A DNA stretch of 64,000 nt from assembly GCA_028534125.1 (NCBI GenBank), contig CM052817.1, forward strand, positions 12,092,001-12,156,000, read 5' to 3'. The DNA is from Lama glama. Its lineage: Eukaryota. How positions within the stretch are numbered: the first letter of the stretch is position 1; each line of letters opens with the position of its first letter. The notes beneath the pieces were generated by a model that was not told where the DNA came from, made no database searches, and worked only from the letters and a program-made list of their open reading frames with translations. Made by a program: the position numbers and the translations under genes. Positions 37,321 through 51,125 of the stretch are shown in pieces.

Positions 37321-39439
37321 TTCCTCAAATGATTTTATCTTTTCCACAACTGACCACAGCCATTATGTTAGTCTCTGTTCTGGTATATAGAAAAGGTTTA
37401 TTTGCTCTCACTATTTCCTCTGTTTTCTAAGGATGTGCCCAAATTGTTCTATATATTTATGATATAATTAAAAATCATTCCTTCTTTGTATGTATTAGAA
37501 GTTTCCTCTTGTCTTGAATCAAAGAACACCAGGAAAAAAAAATCAGTTTAGAAATTTCTTGAACCATGTTAAGGAAAAACTAGAAGTTATTAATTTTTGT
37601 TTGGCATTTTAAATTTAAAGACATTTTTACTCTGGAAGGTTAGGGATTTGGCTTAAACCTTTGGCCCTCGGCTTGTCTGTGACCTCAGAATCACTGTACA
37701 AATTTTGTGAATGGGCATATTTGGATTTTTTGGAGAGTACTTTTTCCTGTCTTTCGGCTTCCTAGCTATGTTTCCAAATGAGTATGCATTTCTGTATGAG
37801 TATATGTGAGTCTATTTTTTTTCCCACAAAGATGAGTTTATTTCCAATGAGATTTGTGATGGAGTTAGGGTAGCTGCTGATTATTTAAGAGAATTAAAAT
37901 CCTGCTTCAAGAGAATTCAACATTAACCCTTGATATTCCACCATCCCCAGGTCCCTTTGTCCATTTATTTTCTGACTAAATCATAGGCACTCTCAGAGCC
38001 AATTTTCAAAAATTTACTTTGAAATTTTTATTTCATCAGCAGCCTCAAGATCTGAAGGGGATTACATTTTCCCCCTTTTCTTGTTTCTCGAACTAGCATA
38101 AATAATCCTCTTTGTGATAATACCCTGTCTCCCCGAGTGCTTGTTTATCATAAGAGGGCTCTTGTTTCCACGGACTAATGCACTCAGAAGCTTGGCTGAC
38201 TTTCTGATGCAAATGTCAGACAGGAACCATGTCTTTGCTTTTTCGGCCAAATTGCCTCATTTTTACAACACTATGCCTGATTTATAGGGGTCTTTGAAAT
38301 ATTTAAATTGCCCCCTGTACTAAAAGAAATGCACCGTGTAGGCATTTTAGTATAGAAACATTAATAAGAATAATTTATAGGGGAAATGGGTTGCAGGGTT
38401 TTGGAAAATACTCAACTCTTTGAGCAAAATATGGCAGAGCCAATGAACAACACTGACATTCTAAAGGAGGTACATATATTGAGGGGTAACCAGAATCAGT
38501 ACCAAAAGAATGTCATAATTTCTTAGTTTGGATTTAAATAACCCTTATAGAAATAGCAAAAAAAAGGAACACAAGAAATCTATTCATTTTGTTTTTTCTT
38601 ATACTATGCTTCATTTTTTATTGATAAGTAGTTCAAAGTGACTATCAACCACATACTCAAAAATAGAGTTTCTATCTCAGTCAGGCATTTAACTGGGGAG
38701 CATAGCCGTGTCTATATAAGAAGTGGGGAGAATGGAGAAAGAAAGTAATTTATTATACACATTCAACATGTCAGGAACAAGGACAGACAGTTTATAGTCT
38801 TGTAAAATTTCATTCCTTTCATATAACATGAGAAATGAGTGTTAGTGTTCACATGTCACTGCTAAAAGTCAGAGAGGTAAAGAGACATGCCTAAAGTCTC
38901 ATGGTTAGTAAATCTTGGGTCAAATAGGCAATTCATAGACCACATTGGTAAGGGGAAGAGAACAGAATAAAATAATTGGTTTAAAGATAAATATATTTTG
39001 TATTGAGGTTATTAAATATCAAAATACTACTACAACCAGTGAGTGAAAATTATGTTTTTCCAAATACATGACATTATTTCAACACCAACGGGTATGTTTG
39101 GTATTGTGGGAATGGGGAGTGGATTCTGGCAACATGATTTTTATCCCTCTTCAGAGTAGTTTCATACTGGTTTTATGTTTTAATTAAATCATTTTCTGAC
39201 CATTTAAAAGTCAAGGAATCTTTCAAAATGCTTTAAACCAGAGCTATATTTGACAATAGATAACAAAGCAATAAAAATAAAATAGTAGGTAGATGGGAGA
39301 GTGAGAAAAAAATACATATGCAATGAAAAAAACAAAGAGAACAGAAAAATTGAGGGGAAAATATTAAATCCAGTGTATTAAAGACATAGACTGCTTCTGG
39401 TTAATTTTATTATTTGCTTTTGATCGTTTTAAGGTGTCA

Positions 39440-39820
39440 TTAGTTTTTGAACACTTGCTTTGAACCAGCCCTTGTTCTGGACAATAAGATACAGAGTTCC
39501 ATGACCTTACAACCTACTGCGTATAACAACCAAAGACGTGTGTGATGGAGCCAATGTGGGGATAATTGGAAGTCACCATGAGAGAACAACAAAAGGTCTT
39601 TAATCTAAGATTAAAGTGTCAGGAAAAATTTCTTAAAGGAAGTAATAGACTGGGCTGAGACTTGAGAGGTGAGGAAGGGTTAGGCAAAAATAAGGAGTTT
39701 GGGCAGGGGACAAAAAAGTGCTCCAGGCATAGTATCCCATGGGGAGAGTGAAATGGGACAGTCTAGGAGATTTAAGGTGTTTGGAATTCCTGGAGTGTAG
39801 AGTGAGAGGACACAGGAAGT
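39440..39820 (-). mobile_element. L2 fragment
   Basis: ttttgaacacttgct…gtcaggaaaaatttctta…gctgagacttgagagg. Confidence 0.6.
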
Positions 39821-39984
39821 AGGAGGTAGGCCATCCATTCTTTTTTTCATTAAAGCAAACATCCTTATCATTGTCACAACTTGTCATTCGTTTACTATTC
39901 ACAGACATTTATTATATAGCAGGTGCTTTTCCATTTAATGTGTTTTTCAATGGAGAATATTATTTGAGTTTTTAGCAGAGTTTG

Positions 39985-40874
39985 GGAAAACACTCCAGTG
40001 TTTCTCCTTTACTCACACACTCACAGTACTTCTGACACCAGATGTGTGGGTTTTTCTACACATCAACTAATTCTCTATGACACTAGCTGGGGGTCCCATC
40101 ATTCAATTCAGTTCTGACACTGTCTACTTGGAGTTAGCATCAGATCCCACAAATTAAGTGCTCAGTTCCACAACACTACCTCCAATTCAAATGCCAATTG
40201 CAAGTCCCACGTTGTATGTCTTCTGTATTTCTGACTGACTGACTATAAATCTGGATTCCCATAACAGTCTCCTTAGATTCAGTAATTTACTAGAATGGCT
40301 TGCAGAACTCAGAGAAACACTTACTTGCATTTACCAGTTTACTGTCAAAGTGTAATGAAAGATACATATGAGCAGTCAGATGAAGAAATACACAGGGCGA
40401 GGTCCAGAAGAGGACCTAGTACAGGAGATGTCTCCATGTGCCACTTGGGGTGGGCACCACTTTCCTGGTACATAGTTGTGTTCACCAACCCAGAAGCTCT
40501 TCAAACCCTGTACCTTTGGGATTTTTATGGAGGTATCATCAATCATTAACTGAGCCAACTGTCCCTCTCTCTTCTTCCCGGAGGGTGGGAAGTGGAGTGG
40601 AAAGTTCCAGGCTTCTAATCATGGCTTGGTCTTTCTGGTGAAAAGCTACCATCTTGAAATCATACAGGAGTTCAGCAAGAAACACCTCATTAAACACCCA
40701 GGAGATTCCAAGAAATTCAGGAGCTTTGTATCAGTGAACGGGGGCCAAAGGCCAAATATTACAACAAAAGATGTTCCTGGTGTTCTTAAACCACTTAGGA
40801 AATTACAAGGGTTTTAGGGCTTTGTTCAAGTAATGGTGGCAGAGATGGATACATATTTTTTCTATGATTTCACA
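39985..40874 (-). mobile_element. MER21-like ERVL LTR
   Basis: acttctgacaccagatgtgtggg…caattcagttctgacactgtctacttggagttagcatcagatccc…gtgttcaccaacccagaagctc…tgatttcaca. Confidence 0.9.
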
Positions 40875-41039
40875 CTAGAGAACAAGGGAAATGCTTTATT
40901 TATCCTTGTATTCTTCATGATAGCCTGAAACTTTCGTTGTGCATAAAAGTTGCTAGTATATATTTTAGACTCTTGTTAAATTACCTTGATATTATAATTG
41001 ATTCTAGATTGCAGCTAAGGGTCCGAAAATATTTAAAAT

Positions 41040-41933
41040 TCCATGATGAATTTAAGAATTCCATTTACAATGGCATCAAAAATAAGTTAATTAGAATAAA
41101 TTCAATAAGTATAAGACTTGTATATTGAAAAGTATAAAGTATCACTGAAAGAAGTTTAAAATATCCTAAAAAAGCGGAAAGACATTATATTCATGGATTG
41201 AAAGGTTTAATATTATTAAGATGATACTGCTCCTCCAGTGAATCTATAGATTCAGGCAGGGTATTTCATATCGAAAAATTCTAGTTGCCTTTTCTTTTTT
41301 TTCTTTTTCTTTCTGTTTTTTTTTTTTTTTTGCAGAACTTGATCAGCTATTCTAAAATTCATGGAAATGCAAGGAACCCAGAATAGCCAAAACAACTGTA
41401 TAAAAAAAACAAAGTTAGAAGACTAACACTTTCCAATTTAAAAATGTATTACAAAGCTACAGCAATCAATAGAGTGTGATACTGGCATAAGGATAGACAT
41501 AAATCAATGGAATAGAATTAAAAGTCCAGAAATAAACCCTAACATTCATGGTCAATTGATTTTTGACATTGGTGTCAAGAAAATATGATAGGAGAAAGAA
41601 TAGTTTTCAATAAATGGTTCTGAGATAACTGTACACCTACCTATGTGCAAAAGAATGTGTACCTCATACGATATAAAAAAATTAACTCTAAATGAATCAA
41701 AGACCTAAATGTAAAAGCTAAAACTTTAAAAACTCATAGAAGAAAACATGAGAGTGTATCTTTATAATCCTGAATTAGGCAACAGTTTCTTAAATATTAC
41801 ACCAAAAGTAAAAATAGATAAATTGGACTTGAAATTTAAAATACATGCTTCAAATGGCACAACCAAGAAAATGAAAAAGCAACCTACATATGGTTGAAAG
41901 TATTTCAAGTCATATATCTGATAAGGGGCCCAT

Positions 41934-41969
<36 letters not shown>

Positions 41970-42650
41970 CTTTTACAACCAACTATAAAAATACAAACAA
42001 CCTAGAAAAAAGTGAGCAAAGGACTTAGATATTTCTTCAGAAAAAATATCCAGATGGTAATAAGCATATGAGAAGAAGCTAGGCATTGCTAGTCATCAGG
42101 GAAATGCAAATCAAAACCACAATGAGATACCACTATTACCCACTAGGATGGCTGTAGTAAAAAAGTTCAATAATAGCAAGTGTTGATAAGGATATGGGGA
42201 AGTCAGAACCACATAAACTTTACTTGGGAATGTGAAATGGTATAGTTACTTTGGACAATGGTCTGGCAGTTCCTCAAACAGTAAAGAATAGGTACCATAT
42301 GTTCCAGTAATTCCATTCCAAGAGAAATGAAAATATATCTAGGAAAAAAAAAAAACTTCTACAGGAATGTTCATATGAGTATACAAATATATGAGAAAAT
42401 GGAAAAAATATAATTATTCATCAGTTGATAAATGGGTAAATTAAATGTAGTATAACCATACAATGGGATATTATTTGGCCATAAAAAGGGATAAAGTACT
42501 GATATATGCTATAACATGGATAATTCTTGAGAATGCTTTGCTAAATGAAATGTCAGATACACAAGGTCACATATTATATGATTCTATTATACGAAATGTC
42601 AGAATAGACAAATCCGTGTGGACAGAAAATAGTAAAAAAAAAAAAAACAT
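41040..42650 (+). mobile_element. Old L1 (L1MB-like) ORF2 3' part and 3' UTR, with internal (TA)n
   Basis: aacccagaatagccaaaacaa, gtccagaaataaaccc, gggaaatgcaaatcaaaaccacaatgagatac, cacatattatatgattc. Confidence 0.92.
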
Positions 42651-43079
42651 TTAATTTCTTCTTGAATGTTGTCTGCTCTTAATTTGTAGTTTTTGAGCTT
42701 TGAGCTTATTCTGAGTTTATTCTTTTGGGTTTTCTTTGTTGCCTAAAATATCTCTTCCTGAACTCTTTTCTCTGTCCATACAGGGCTTATTCTCATCATT
42801 TTAAGGAGCCAACAAAGGCATCAGCTTCTGCAGGAATATTTACATTTCAGGGTGATGGAGTATTCTTCCCCTGAGACAGTGTCCATAATGTTTTCATTGC
42901 ACTTCCTTCTAATTACAGAGAAGATCTTTTTATATAACGACCTCACAAGACTTCATTCTTAGGGGATATGGACTATGCCTTATTCATCTTCCTAACCTGA
43001 AAGAATATTAAAGAGCTTTCTTCATAGTTAGCAGTCAATAAATATTTGTTGAGTGAATTTAATGAAAGGGTGATTAGAG

Positions 43080-44410
43080 TTAAAGATATTGAGAAGTAGC
43101 AGGATAAAGATACTGATTAACTTCATCTTTGTTAAGAAATAGTGACATGTTAAGATATTGAGGTTTTTTGATCTCATAAAAGGGGAAGAAAGTAATGAGA
43201 AAAAAGAAAACTGTTATTCAAATTCTTGCTTAAAGAGAGGAAAAATAAAGAATCATAGAATATGTAGGATAAATAGAAAGCAAAATACGATAATAGAATT
43301 ACATCCACATATATCAGTCATCAGAATGAATGTAATCTCCAGTTAATTAGCAATGGTACTGAGCAAGAGTTTCAAAAACATTCAGCTCTAAGGTGATTAT
43401 AAGAGGCATAGAATGTGGAAACTTAAAACTAGAAGAATTGGAAATGACACTAAGCAAATATATTTTAATACCCCAAAACACTTTAATACCTTTTAGTATT
43501 TATAACTTAGCGTTATTTGAAAGAATAGCTCTTTTAATAAAAACTGAGCAAATTTCCATGACAGCAAGTCGAATAAATAAATTATGATAAAATAATATGA
43601 CATACTAAATATGCAAAAAAACAGATGAAACTTAGACACATATATCAACATGGATTATTCTCAAAAGCAAGAGGTCAAGCTTAAAAATAAGTCCAGGAAA
43701 AAAATTGTGTTTTTAATATAAAATTTAAAACATGCAAATCTAAGGAATTCATTCTTTAGGGAATATAAACATGGAAAAGGCAAACAATAGCAAACACAGA
43801 ATTTATGTCAGAAGTTATCTCTCATAAGAAGGAGGAAGACTGGAATCAGGCATACAGGGGACTTCAAATACGCTGGTCATTTTCTACTTGGTGGGCACAC
43901 TAGCCGTCTATTCAATACCATTCTTTAAAGCAGTCTACAGATGTTTTATATATATACATACATAAATACACACACATATACGTATATGTACTCACAATAT
44001 ACATATATAGTAATTTATGTTAACGTATTTCAAAATTGAAGTTAAACACAGGGCTCAAATAAACACATTTTTGTAACTGAAGAAAGTTGAAAAACACCTG
44101 CATGTTAGAAATTTGACAAGAATCAACAGATTTCATATATCTGTGTGATGAAATCGTATGCACTCATGAAATGATTTATAAATAATCTTAATGCCAATGA
44201 AATCATTTATAATGTAATATTTAACTTAAAATGTTAGCAAGCTAGAAAATGCTGAGAATAATATGGTTTTCATTACGTAAAACATGTTTGTTTAAAAGGG
44301 CAGGAAAGAAATACACAAATATCTCAATAGTGGCTGTTTCCGTGTGGTAGGATTATACACATTTTTCTCTTGTTTCTTTATGTATTTCTAAACTTTCCTG
44401 ATATTGTACA
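43080..44410 (+). mobile_element. Very old L1ME-type fragments
   Basis: A-rich; ccacatatatcagtcatcagaatgaatgtaa; caacatggattattctcaaaa; ctcaatagtggctgtttc…gtggtaggattata. Confidence 0.5.
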
Positions 44411-44489
44411 TACAGCATATACTGGGCTTCCATAAGTGCAGGTGAGAATATGTTATTATCGTGATTTAAAATCACAATCAGTCAAAAAT

Positions 44490-45030
44490 CAATGGCAAAA
44501 AGATTTTAAGAAAAAATACTGGAAAATGAACAAGCAATTTTTGCTCTACAGACTTTTGATTAATGAAGCACTTTTCTCCTGTTGCTTAGTTCATCTGGAA
44601 ATCTGGTAATAGTAAATGATTACTATTTAAAGACAATTTCTGATTGGTACATGACAAATGGACTGGGTGCATTAGAAATACATGATGGAAACCATGCCTT
44701 GGGTTCCCTGGAATGCAGGTGAGCCTTAGAATTAAGCACATCTTTTTGCAGAAACCCTTGGGCTGTAATAAGAGATTGTGAAGAATGAGGCTTCTATGAC
44801 AAGGTGACTCTCATACCTGTCCAGCGTGGATCTTTTTCTTTTACATACCTGATTGCTACCTAGAGGGGACAAAAAGGATCGCTCCTGTACAACTCTGAGG
44901 ACTATGTACCTCTGTGAATATTCTCACTCAAGAGAAATGTCAAATTCTTCTTTGATGGAAAAATGGACTACCTACCCTAGATACTTACAAATGAGTGTGA
45001 TGACAAATCTGGCTACTGGATTGACATCAG
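44490..45030 (+). mobile_element. Degenerate pogo/Tigger-type (CENP-B-like DDE) transposase relic
   Basis: Collinear decayed motifs: WQKDFKKKY; D..TG..*KYM; NAG..RIK; LIAT*RGQKG; EDYVP; ILLLMEKWTTYP (frameshifts needed). Confidence 0.5.
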
Positions 45031-47739
45031 GTAAACCATTTACAAGCATTTAATACATTAAAAACCAAACTTTCTTTGCAACTAAAAATATAATAGCCCT
45101 AATCTGAATTTCTAATGGTGTTTTAAAATAATTACTGATGAATTTGATCCCCATCTCATTTTATTGATAATCTGAAGAATCAACAGTATTTTCCTATTCT
45201 TGAGCCTTTATTCTAGGCAAAATTGTTGAATAGGTAATACCAATATTTAATGCCATTGATTACAACTTCTCATTAATCTTCCTTGTACCAATACTCTTCT
45301 GCTCATTTCATATATTTTAAAAATACTTTGAGTAAAAAATAATATAGCAACCATTTCTAATCAAATGTTTTTGAGTATTAAACCTTATTTCTGATTGTGA
45401 AATATTTCCTCCCTCCCTCCCTTCCTTCCTCTTCTTTTACTTCTCTGTCCTTCCCTCCCTTATCCCCTTTTTTCCTTTAAATCAAATGGATGAACATGTT
45501 AGAGAGAGAGTTGAGTGAGAAAGAGAGCCTATTGGAATCTGTGAAATCACAGCTGAACTCAGCATTAGACTTTATACATTCCATCAAATAATTGAGTGCT
45601 TATGTTTATTCTAGTCTTCTTACTATGTGTATTTCTTTGGGAGAGATCATAATACTATTAAAATGGCCAAAAATGTTTAAGAAAGCCTATATTTGTTGGT
45701 TGTTGTGGCCTAGGAATGATCTTGGAGAGAAATATCATTTTCTTTTTTAACCTGTGTTTTTTAAGTTAGAGTAGACATAAGTTAGAGTCAAAGTTAACAA
45801 AAAGATTTAAGTTTGTTTGCCTCAGGACAGCACTCAGAGGATAATCATTAATTCTTTTGCTGTGTTTCTGATTTGAAGCTCAAAGTATTAATAAACATCA
45901 GCCCAAGAAAAAAATAATTTCCTTTTTTTTATTTGAACTTTATTGAAAGGCTTAGAGTTTAAAAGCTATACACCTATAAGAACCTATTGAGTTTTTTATA
46001 AGAACTTATAGAGTTTAGTATTTCCAAAAGAGATTTGTAGGTGGCTTTCTCTTATCTAAATTTAGATGGCTTGAAACGACAAACATAATGAATGTACTCA
46101 TTGATTACAATACAATTATCTTAGGACCCTCATTATGATCTAGAATATTTGGTTGAAATTACCATCCCCATGTAGATAAATCTGATTTAAAGTGATTAAA
46201 TACATGCCTTACCCAACCTATATTCTTCTGAGAATGAACTCAATACTATATCTGGCTTCAGAATATATAGAATGGAGATTTGGACAAGATTACCTCAGTC
46301 ACCATAGGTTTTTTGAAGTGAAATTATGTTAGCTCTCAAAGAGGAGCAAGTCATTGTGTTTTAGGACTGAAAACAGCATGTCTTTTGATACAGAGGTATT
46401 TCCCTTTTCCTAACTAAAACATTATCAGAAAGATCTTAGGATGAAAATGTATTGGTTTAAATTTTTGATCATCCAATTCAAATTCCTATCTATCTGTATT
46501 TTGCATATATGTTTATTTATGTACATACATACAAATATACACATAGTTTGGTTTTTTAATAATAAACTGTATGCTTGAAACTTTGAAATAAAGATAAATG
46601 AATCCATGCCCAGCTTTAATATATTGTCAGTAGAGAAAGAAACAAGCTTTCCCAGCCACGTCAATTCGTCACTTTTGTTGAAAGGCTGGGTACAATAAAT
46701 TTCCATCCAGAGCAAATCACTCAGAGACTCACCTCATCCAGGAAATTTTCACAATTCTTTTATACATAGGTTTGCCATGACCTGAAGAAGAGATTTTGAA
46801 TGAAATTTGCATCTTCAATTGGACCCATTTTCTGTTGGCTCTCTTTAGAAGAGTTGCAATGAAATAGTAGCAACAGACTGGGAACAGCTAAGAAAGTATT
46901 GTTCCAAGTGCGTTTAAGCCTGAATGGGGTAGGGCAAACTGTCCCCCTTGGAGAAGTAGGAGACCTGTGTACCTGGACATCATATACCTAATATTAATGT
47001 TCAAAATAAATCATGTGTAAAATTTGATGTGTAAATCAAATATTGGAAACCATCACCCGGACTTGCTTTTATTGCCTACCAGTTTCCTGAGATAAGCATA
47101 ATGAGCCTGGTTTATATTACAGCATAATAATAATAATTGAATACTGAAAATTCTGTATGAACTAGTAAAATGAACTCAACTTTCATAGGCGTGTGGACTG
47201 TCAATCTTAATTGAGGCACATGACTAATATAGTAGATTATGTTTCCAGTTGGGTGTCCTAGTTACTCTACGTCTTTGAGTGTATGACTTCTGAACTAAGA
47301 ATGTAAAGATTAACCAGTGTGCACCACTCTTTTCTACCCAGTTCCAAGTTATAAAAGTCTTCCAGAAATTATGGATTTAGCGTCAGTCAAGGTGTTAAGT
47401 GAAGTTTTTGTCTAAGTCTAGAACCCTGCTCTTAATTTTTAAAATTTATAATTTTACACTAAAAAGTACATAAGTTTAAAAATTATAATTTCCATGCTAC
47501 TTTACAAAAATCATCCATTAATTGTTTTCATGAAAATCTTAATCATGACAGGATGTTCATAGGGTCATCATATTAAGAAAAATGAGCAAAAAAATGAGCA
47601 CCTTTCTATCTGTATTTAATCACTCAATTCTACCTACAGAAATCAGATTGACTCAACTGATACTTTCCCCTGGATCTACATTATGTTCTTTATTTCTAGG
47701 GGAAAGTGATTAACTCACAAAATTGTATTTTGTTTTATT

Positions 47740-47950
47740 GAGAGGCAGTAGGGCACAGCGGATAGAACAGGCTTCATAGACAATGTTTAAAATCTAAGTT
47801 ATTCCCTTCTCTTCTGTGTGATTCTGGGCAGAGTTGCTTGAATTCTCTGATCCACAGTTTTTAGTTCTAAGTAAAATATCGTATCTACACTGTTGAGTTC
47901 TTTGCAATTTGAAGAATATTTGTCATGTTGTCAGTGTTCAATAGATAGTT
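47740..47950 (+). mobile_element. MIR
   Basis: gagaggcagtagggcacagcggatagaac…ctgtgtgattctgggcagagttgcttgaattctctga. Confidence 0.65.
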
Positions 47951-48029
47951 TCTATTATTGATTTTGCACAGCATGTTGCAGCCAGAAAGGGCTTACACAC
48001 TCTTTTTAGATCAATTTAGTGAAAACAAG

Positions 48030-48170
48030 GGCTACATGTATGATTATCTTATTCTTACAAAGAATTGGACTCAGAGAAGTGAGATTTTCTTGAGTTCACA
48101 GCTAGTAAGAACAGAGGTTAGACTTGAGCCTATCTTCTGGTGTTTAAATCTTTCAACAAATATACTGTTT
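48030..48170 (-). mobile_element. MIR fragment
   Basis: gactcagagaagtgag…tcacagctagtaag…gacttgagcc. Confidence 0.6.
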
Positions 48171-49232
48171 TTTCTTAAGGCCCCTCTCAATCTTAAAGTC
48201 TATGATTTCTGGAAGAAGATTGCAAAGACTATTATCCCAAAAATCTATGGGAGATAAAAAGACTTTGTAATACTGGTTGCCCTGGTCTTCTTGCATTTAC
48301 AGTACAATCTTATGTGCAGTATCTCTGAGTTACATTTATATATGGCATTATTTCTAAATCTAAGTACAAGAATGCATGTTGATATTTAAAAAAAAAACAT
48401 TCCATGGATCTATGTGTATGTATGTTTGTGTGTGTATGTATAAAATTGCCAACTAATAATAATATTATCATATCATTATCATTTTATGATATAGTTCATT
48501 TAAATCTTTAGTGAGCATAGCAGTTTGTGTACACCAAAAGAGAAGCACCCTTTTGGTAACATTTCCAATATGTAGTTTTTCCCTTGACCTTTGAATCTCA
48601 AATTCATCTGGATAATTTATTTCAATGTCATTAAACATAGTACTCTCCTGGAAATCAGAGCTTTTTCAGCTCAATCACAGTATCCAGTTTTTGGTTTCAA
48701 GATTACTATAGATATATTTTAAATATGCATGACTGATAATAGCCATTTGTCCTTCCAAATACTTGTAAGTATCCCAGAGCCAGCTAAGCCATTTTCCCTC
48801 AAAAGGAAAAAAAACCTTAAAAAATCACTCCCAAATGGTTATATAATATCTAAATTTCCTATATGAAATCCATATATGTTATTTTAGCAACTAATATGAT
48901 ATATTAAGTTGTATAAACAGCCTAGACCTTGGGTGAAAACTCCTTTTATAAACAAAGGAAATTTTGTAGTGATAATAATATGAATCATATTGAAAGGCTG
49001 ACATTTCAGGTGTTAGTATTTACTTTTTTATTTTGAATTTATTATTTCCATTGTTAAATTCTTAAATTTTTTTACTTTATCTTGCTGAATAATTGTAATC
49101 AATAATTTTCTTTATGTACTAAAGATTGTGTCATAGTTCTCATATTTCTACATAAACAACTGAAAATCTGGCAAATGTGTGATCTTTGAACCTTGTCTGA
49201 ATGACTCATGGAGTCTAAATGTTCAGCTCTCC

Positions 49233-49702
49233 TTGTGGTAGGCTGAAAAACAGTCCTCCAAAGATATATACCTCCTAGTTCCATGAACCTGCGTTATCTC
49301 ATATGACAAAAGGGACCTTGCAGTTGAAAGTTAAGAATTTTAAGGTACGGTGATTATCCTGGATTATCTGTGTGTGTCCAGTGTAGTCACAAGTATCCTT
49401 ATTAGAGGGAGGCAGAGGGATATTTGACCAAAGAGGAAGATGAGAGTATGATGGGATCAGAAAAGACAGTGATGCCTTTTAAGATGAAGGAAGGAGCGAT
49501 AAGTCAAGAAATGCAGGCAGCCTCTAGAAGCTGGAAAGAAACAAGAAAACAGATCTTTCTCTAAAGCCTTCAGAAGGAACACAGCCCTGTCAACACCTTG
49601 TTTTCAGACTTCTGACCTCCAGAACTATGAGAATATATTTGTATCGTTTTAAGCCAATACATTTATGGTAATATGTAATGGTGTCAATATGAAACTAAGA
49701 CA
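49233..49702 (+). mobile_element. MLT1D/C-like MaLR solo LTR
   Basis: tgtggtaggctgaa…gattatcctggattatc…gcaggcagcctctagaagctggaaa…gacttctgacctccagaact…gaaactaagaca. Confidence 0.92.
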
Positions 49703-51125
49703 TCACTATGATGAATAGCTGTAATTTATTATTTTAATTCCCTTCCCCCTTAAGTAAAGTGTTAGTTGAAGAAATGATGAGTCTGGAATTTGACAATTTT
49801 CAAAGCAGGCAACTAGGGAATTTGAGCCTTTTAAGAGCTGTGATGGCTTTAATCTGTAGGAACATGCTAAGGAGGAAGTTGGAGGAGATGGAGTGAGAAC
49901 ACCCTACAGAACTGGTGGTTCCTTAGAATGGAACTGTCTTAACAAATGACGTGGTGATTGCCTCTTTCTGCAAAAGTTACTGATCTCTTCAGCTGCTATT
50001 AATAAATGATACTGGCAATGATACTGGGTCATTTTTTCATGTCTGTCCCAATCTTAACATTCTCCACATCTTAGATCTTTTCACTCATTCATGAACACTG
50101 CCTAATGCACCAGAACATTGCGTTAAGTGGCTATCTGGCTCTCTCTATAAGCATTTAAAAGAGTCATCGGGAAGGAAAAAAACAGATTATAGAAGAAAGA
50201 AAGGCCTTTTGTAAATTGCTTTCCAAGAGCTAGGCACCATTCCAGGAAAATGAAGGGCACTTTTCAATGGACTTTAACCTCCCATTGGTAGTATTTAAAG
50301 TCCTTCTTTGGGACATTATATAAGCCAGTGGTGAATATTTTGCCAGAAATTTTCCATTAAAATTATAATCACTTAATGCTTTGAGGTTAGCCAAAGAGAT
50401 TATATTATATAGAGAATGATCTTAAAATTTGCATTGTAAGTTAATTACTATTAAATGAACAAGCCTGTCAAATATTTCTCCTGGGAATCATTCAACTATG
50501 TATATATTTTTCCAGATATTTGTGCCAAAATATCAAGAATTCCCATTAAGGAAAAAAAATACTTCTTTTAAGAGGAAAACCTATGTTTTCAATACTATGA
50601 TTCTGTGGAAAAAATAAATATTCCAAACAGGTAAAGAGTGATAGAAATTTAAACATCAGAATCTAAACATCCCATATTCCTTGCCTATCATGAGCATTTC
50701 AAATTCAAGAAAAGGAAACATGAAAGAAATTGTAAATAGTGTATGACAAAGTAAGATATAAGGAGAAAAATGCAAAATATATGATTATACCACACTCAAT
50801 AACTTGTCCATGTGGAATCAGGTAAGTTTATCTATAGGTTAAATTATATTCTGTGCTCACTCTACTCACCTTATTCTTTCTCTAGTATTTGTTTGCATGA
50901 AATCAGGTTTAGAAAAAAAGAAAGCAAGTAAGCTTGCATATTTACTATATGCCATGCATATATATGTAATATCTATCTCTTTTATACCATTTGGGTTGAT
51001 CTCATTTCATAAACGGCAGGAAAACAGAAGCCCTGACATATACCTTACTTAGGATTTCACAGGTAGCACATGACAGAGAGAAAATAAGAGTTTAAGTCTT
51101 TTGATGTAAAAATTACGTTCTTTCC

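Noticed and set aside
44853..45053. 66-aa ORF with a possible exon ending at CAG|GTAAAC
   Set aside because: Better explained as an out-of-frame reading of the pogo-like relic; no convincing acceptor.
50819..50827. Perfect donors CAG|GTAAGT here and at ~60657
   Set aside because: No matching acceptor or open exon upstream; a few such matches are expected by chance in 64 kb.
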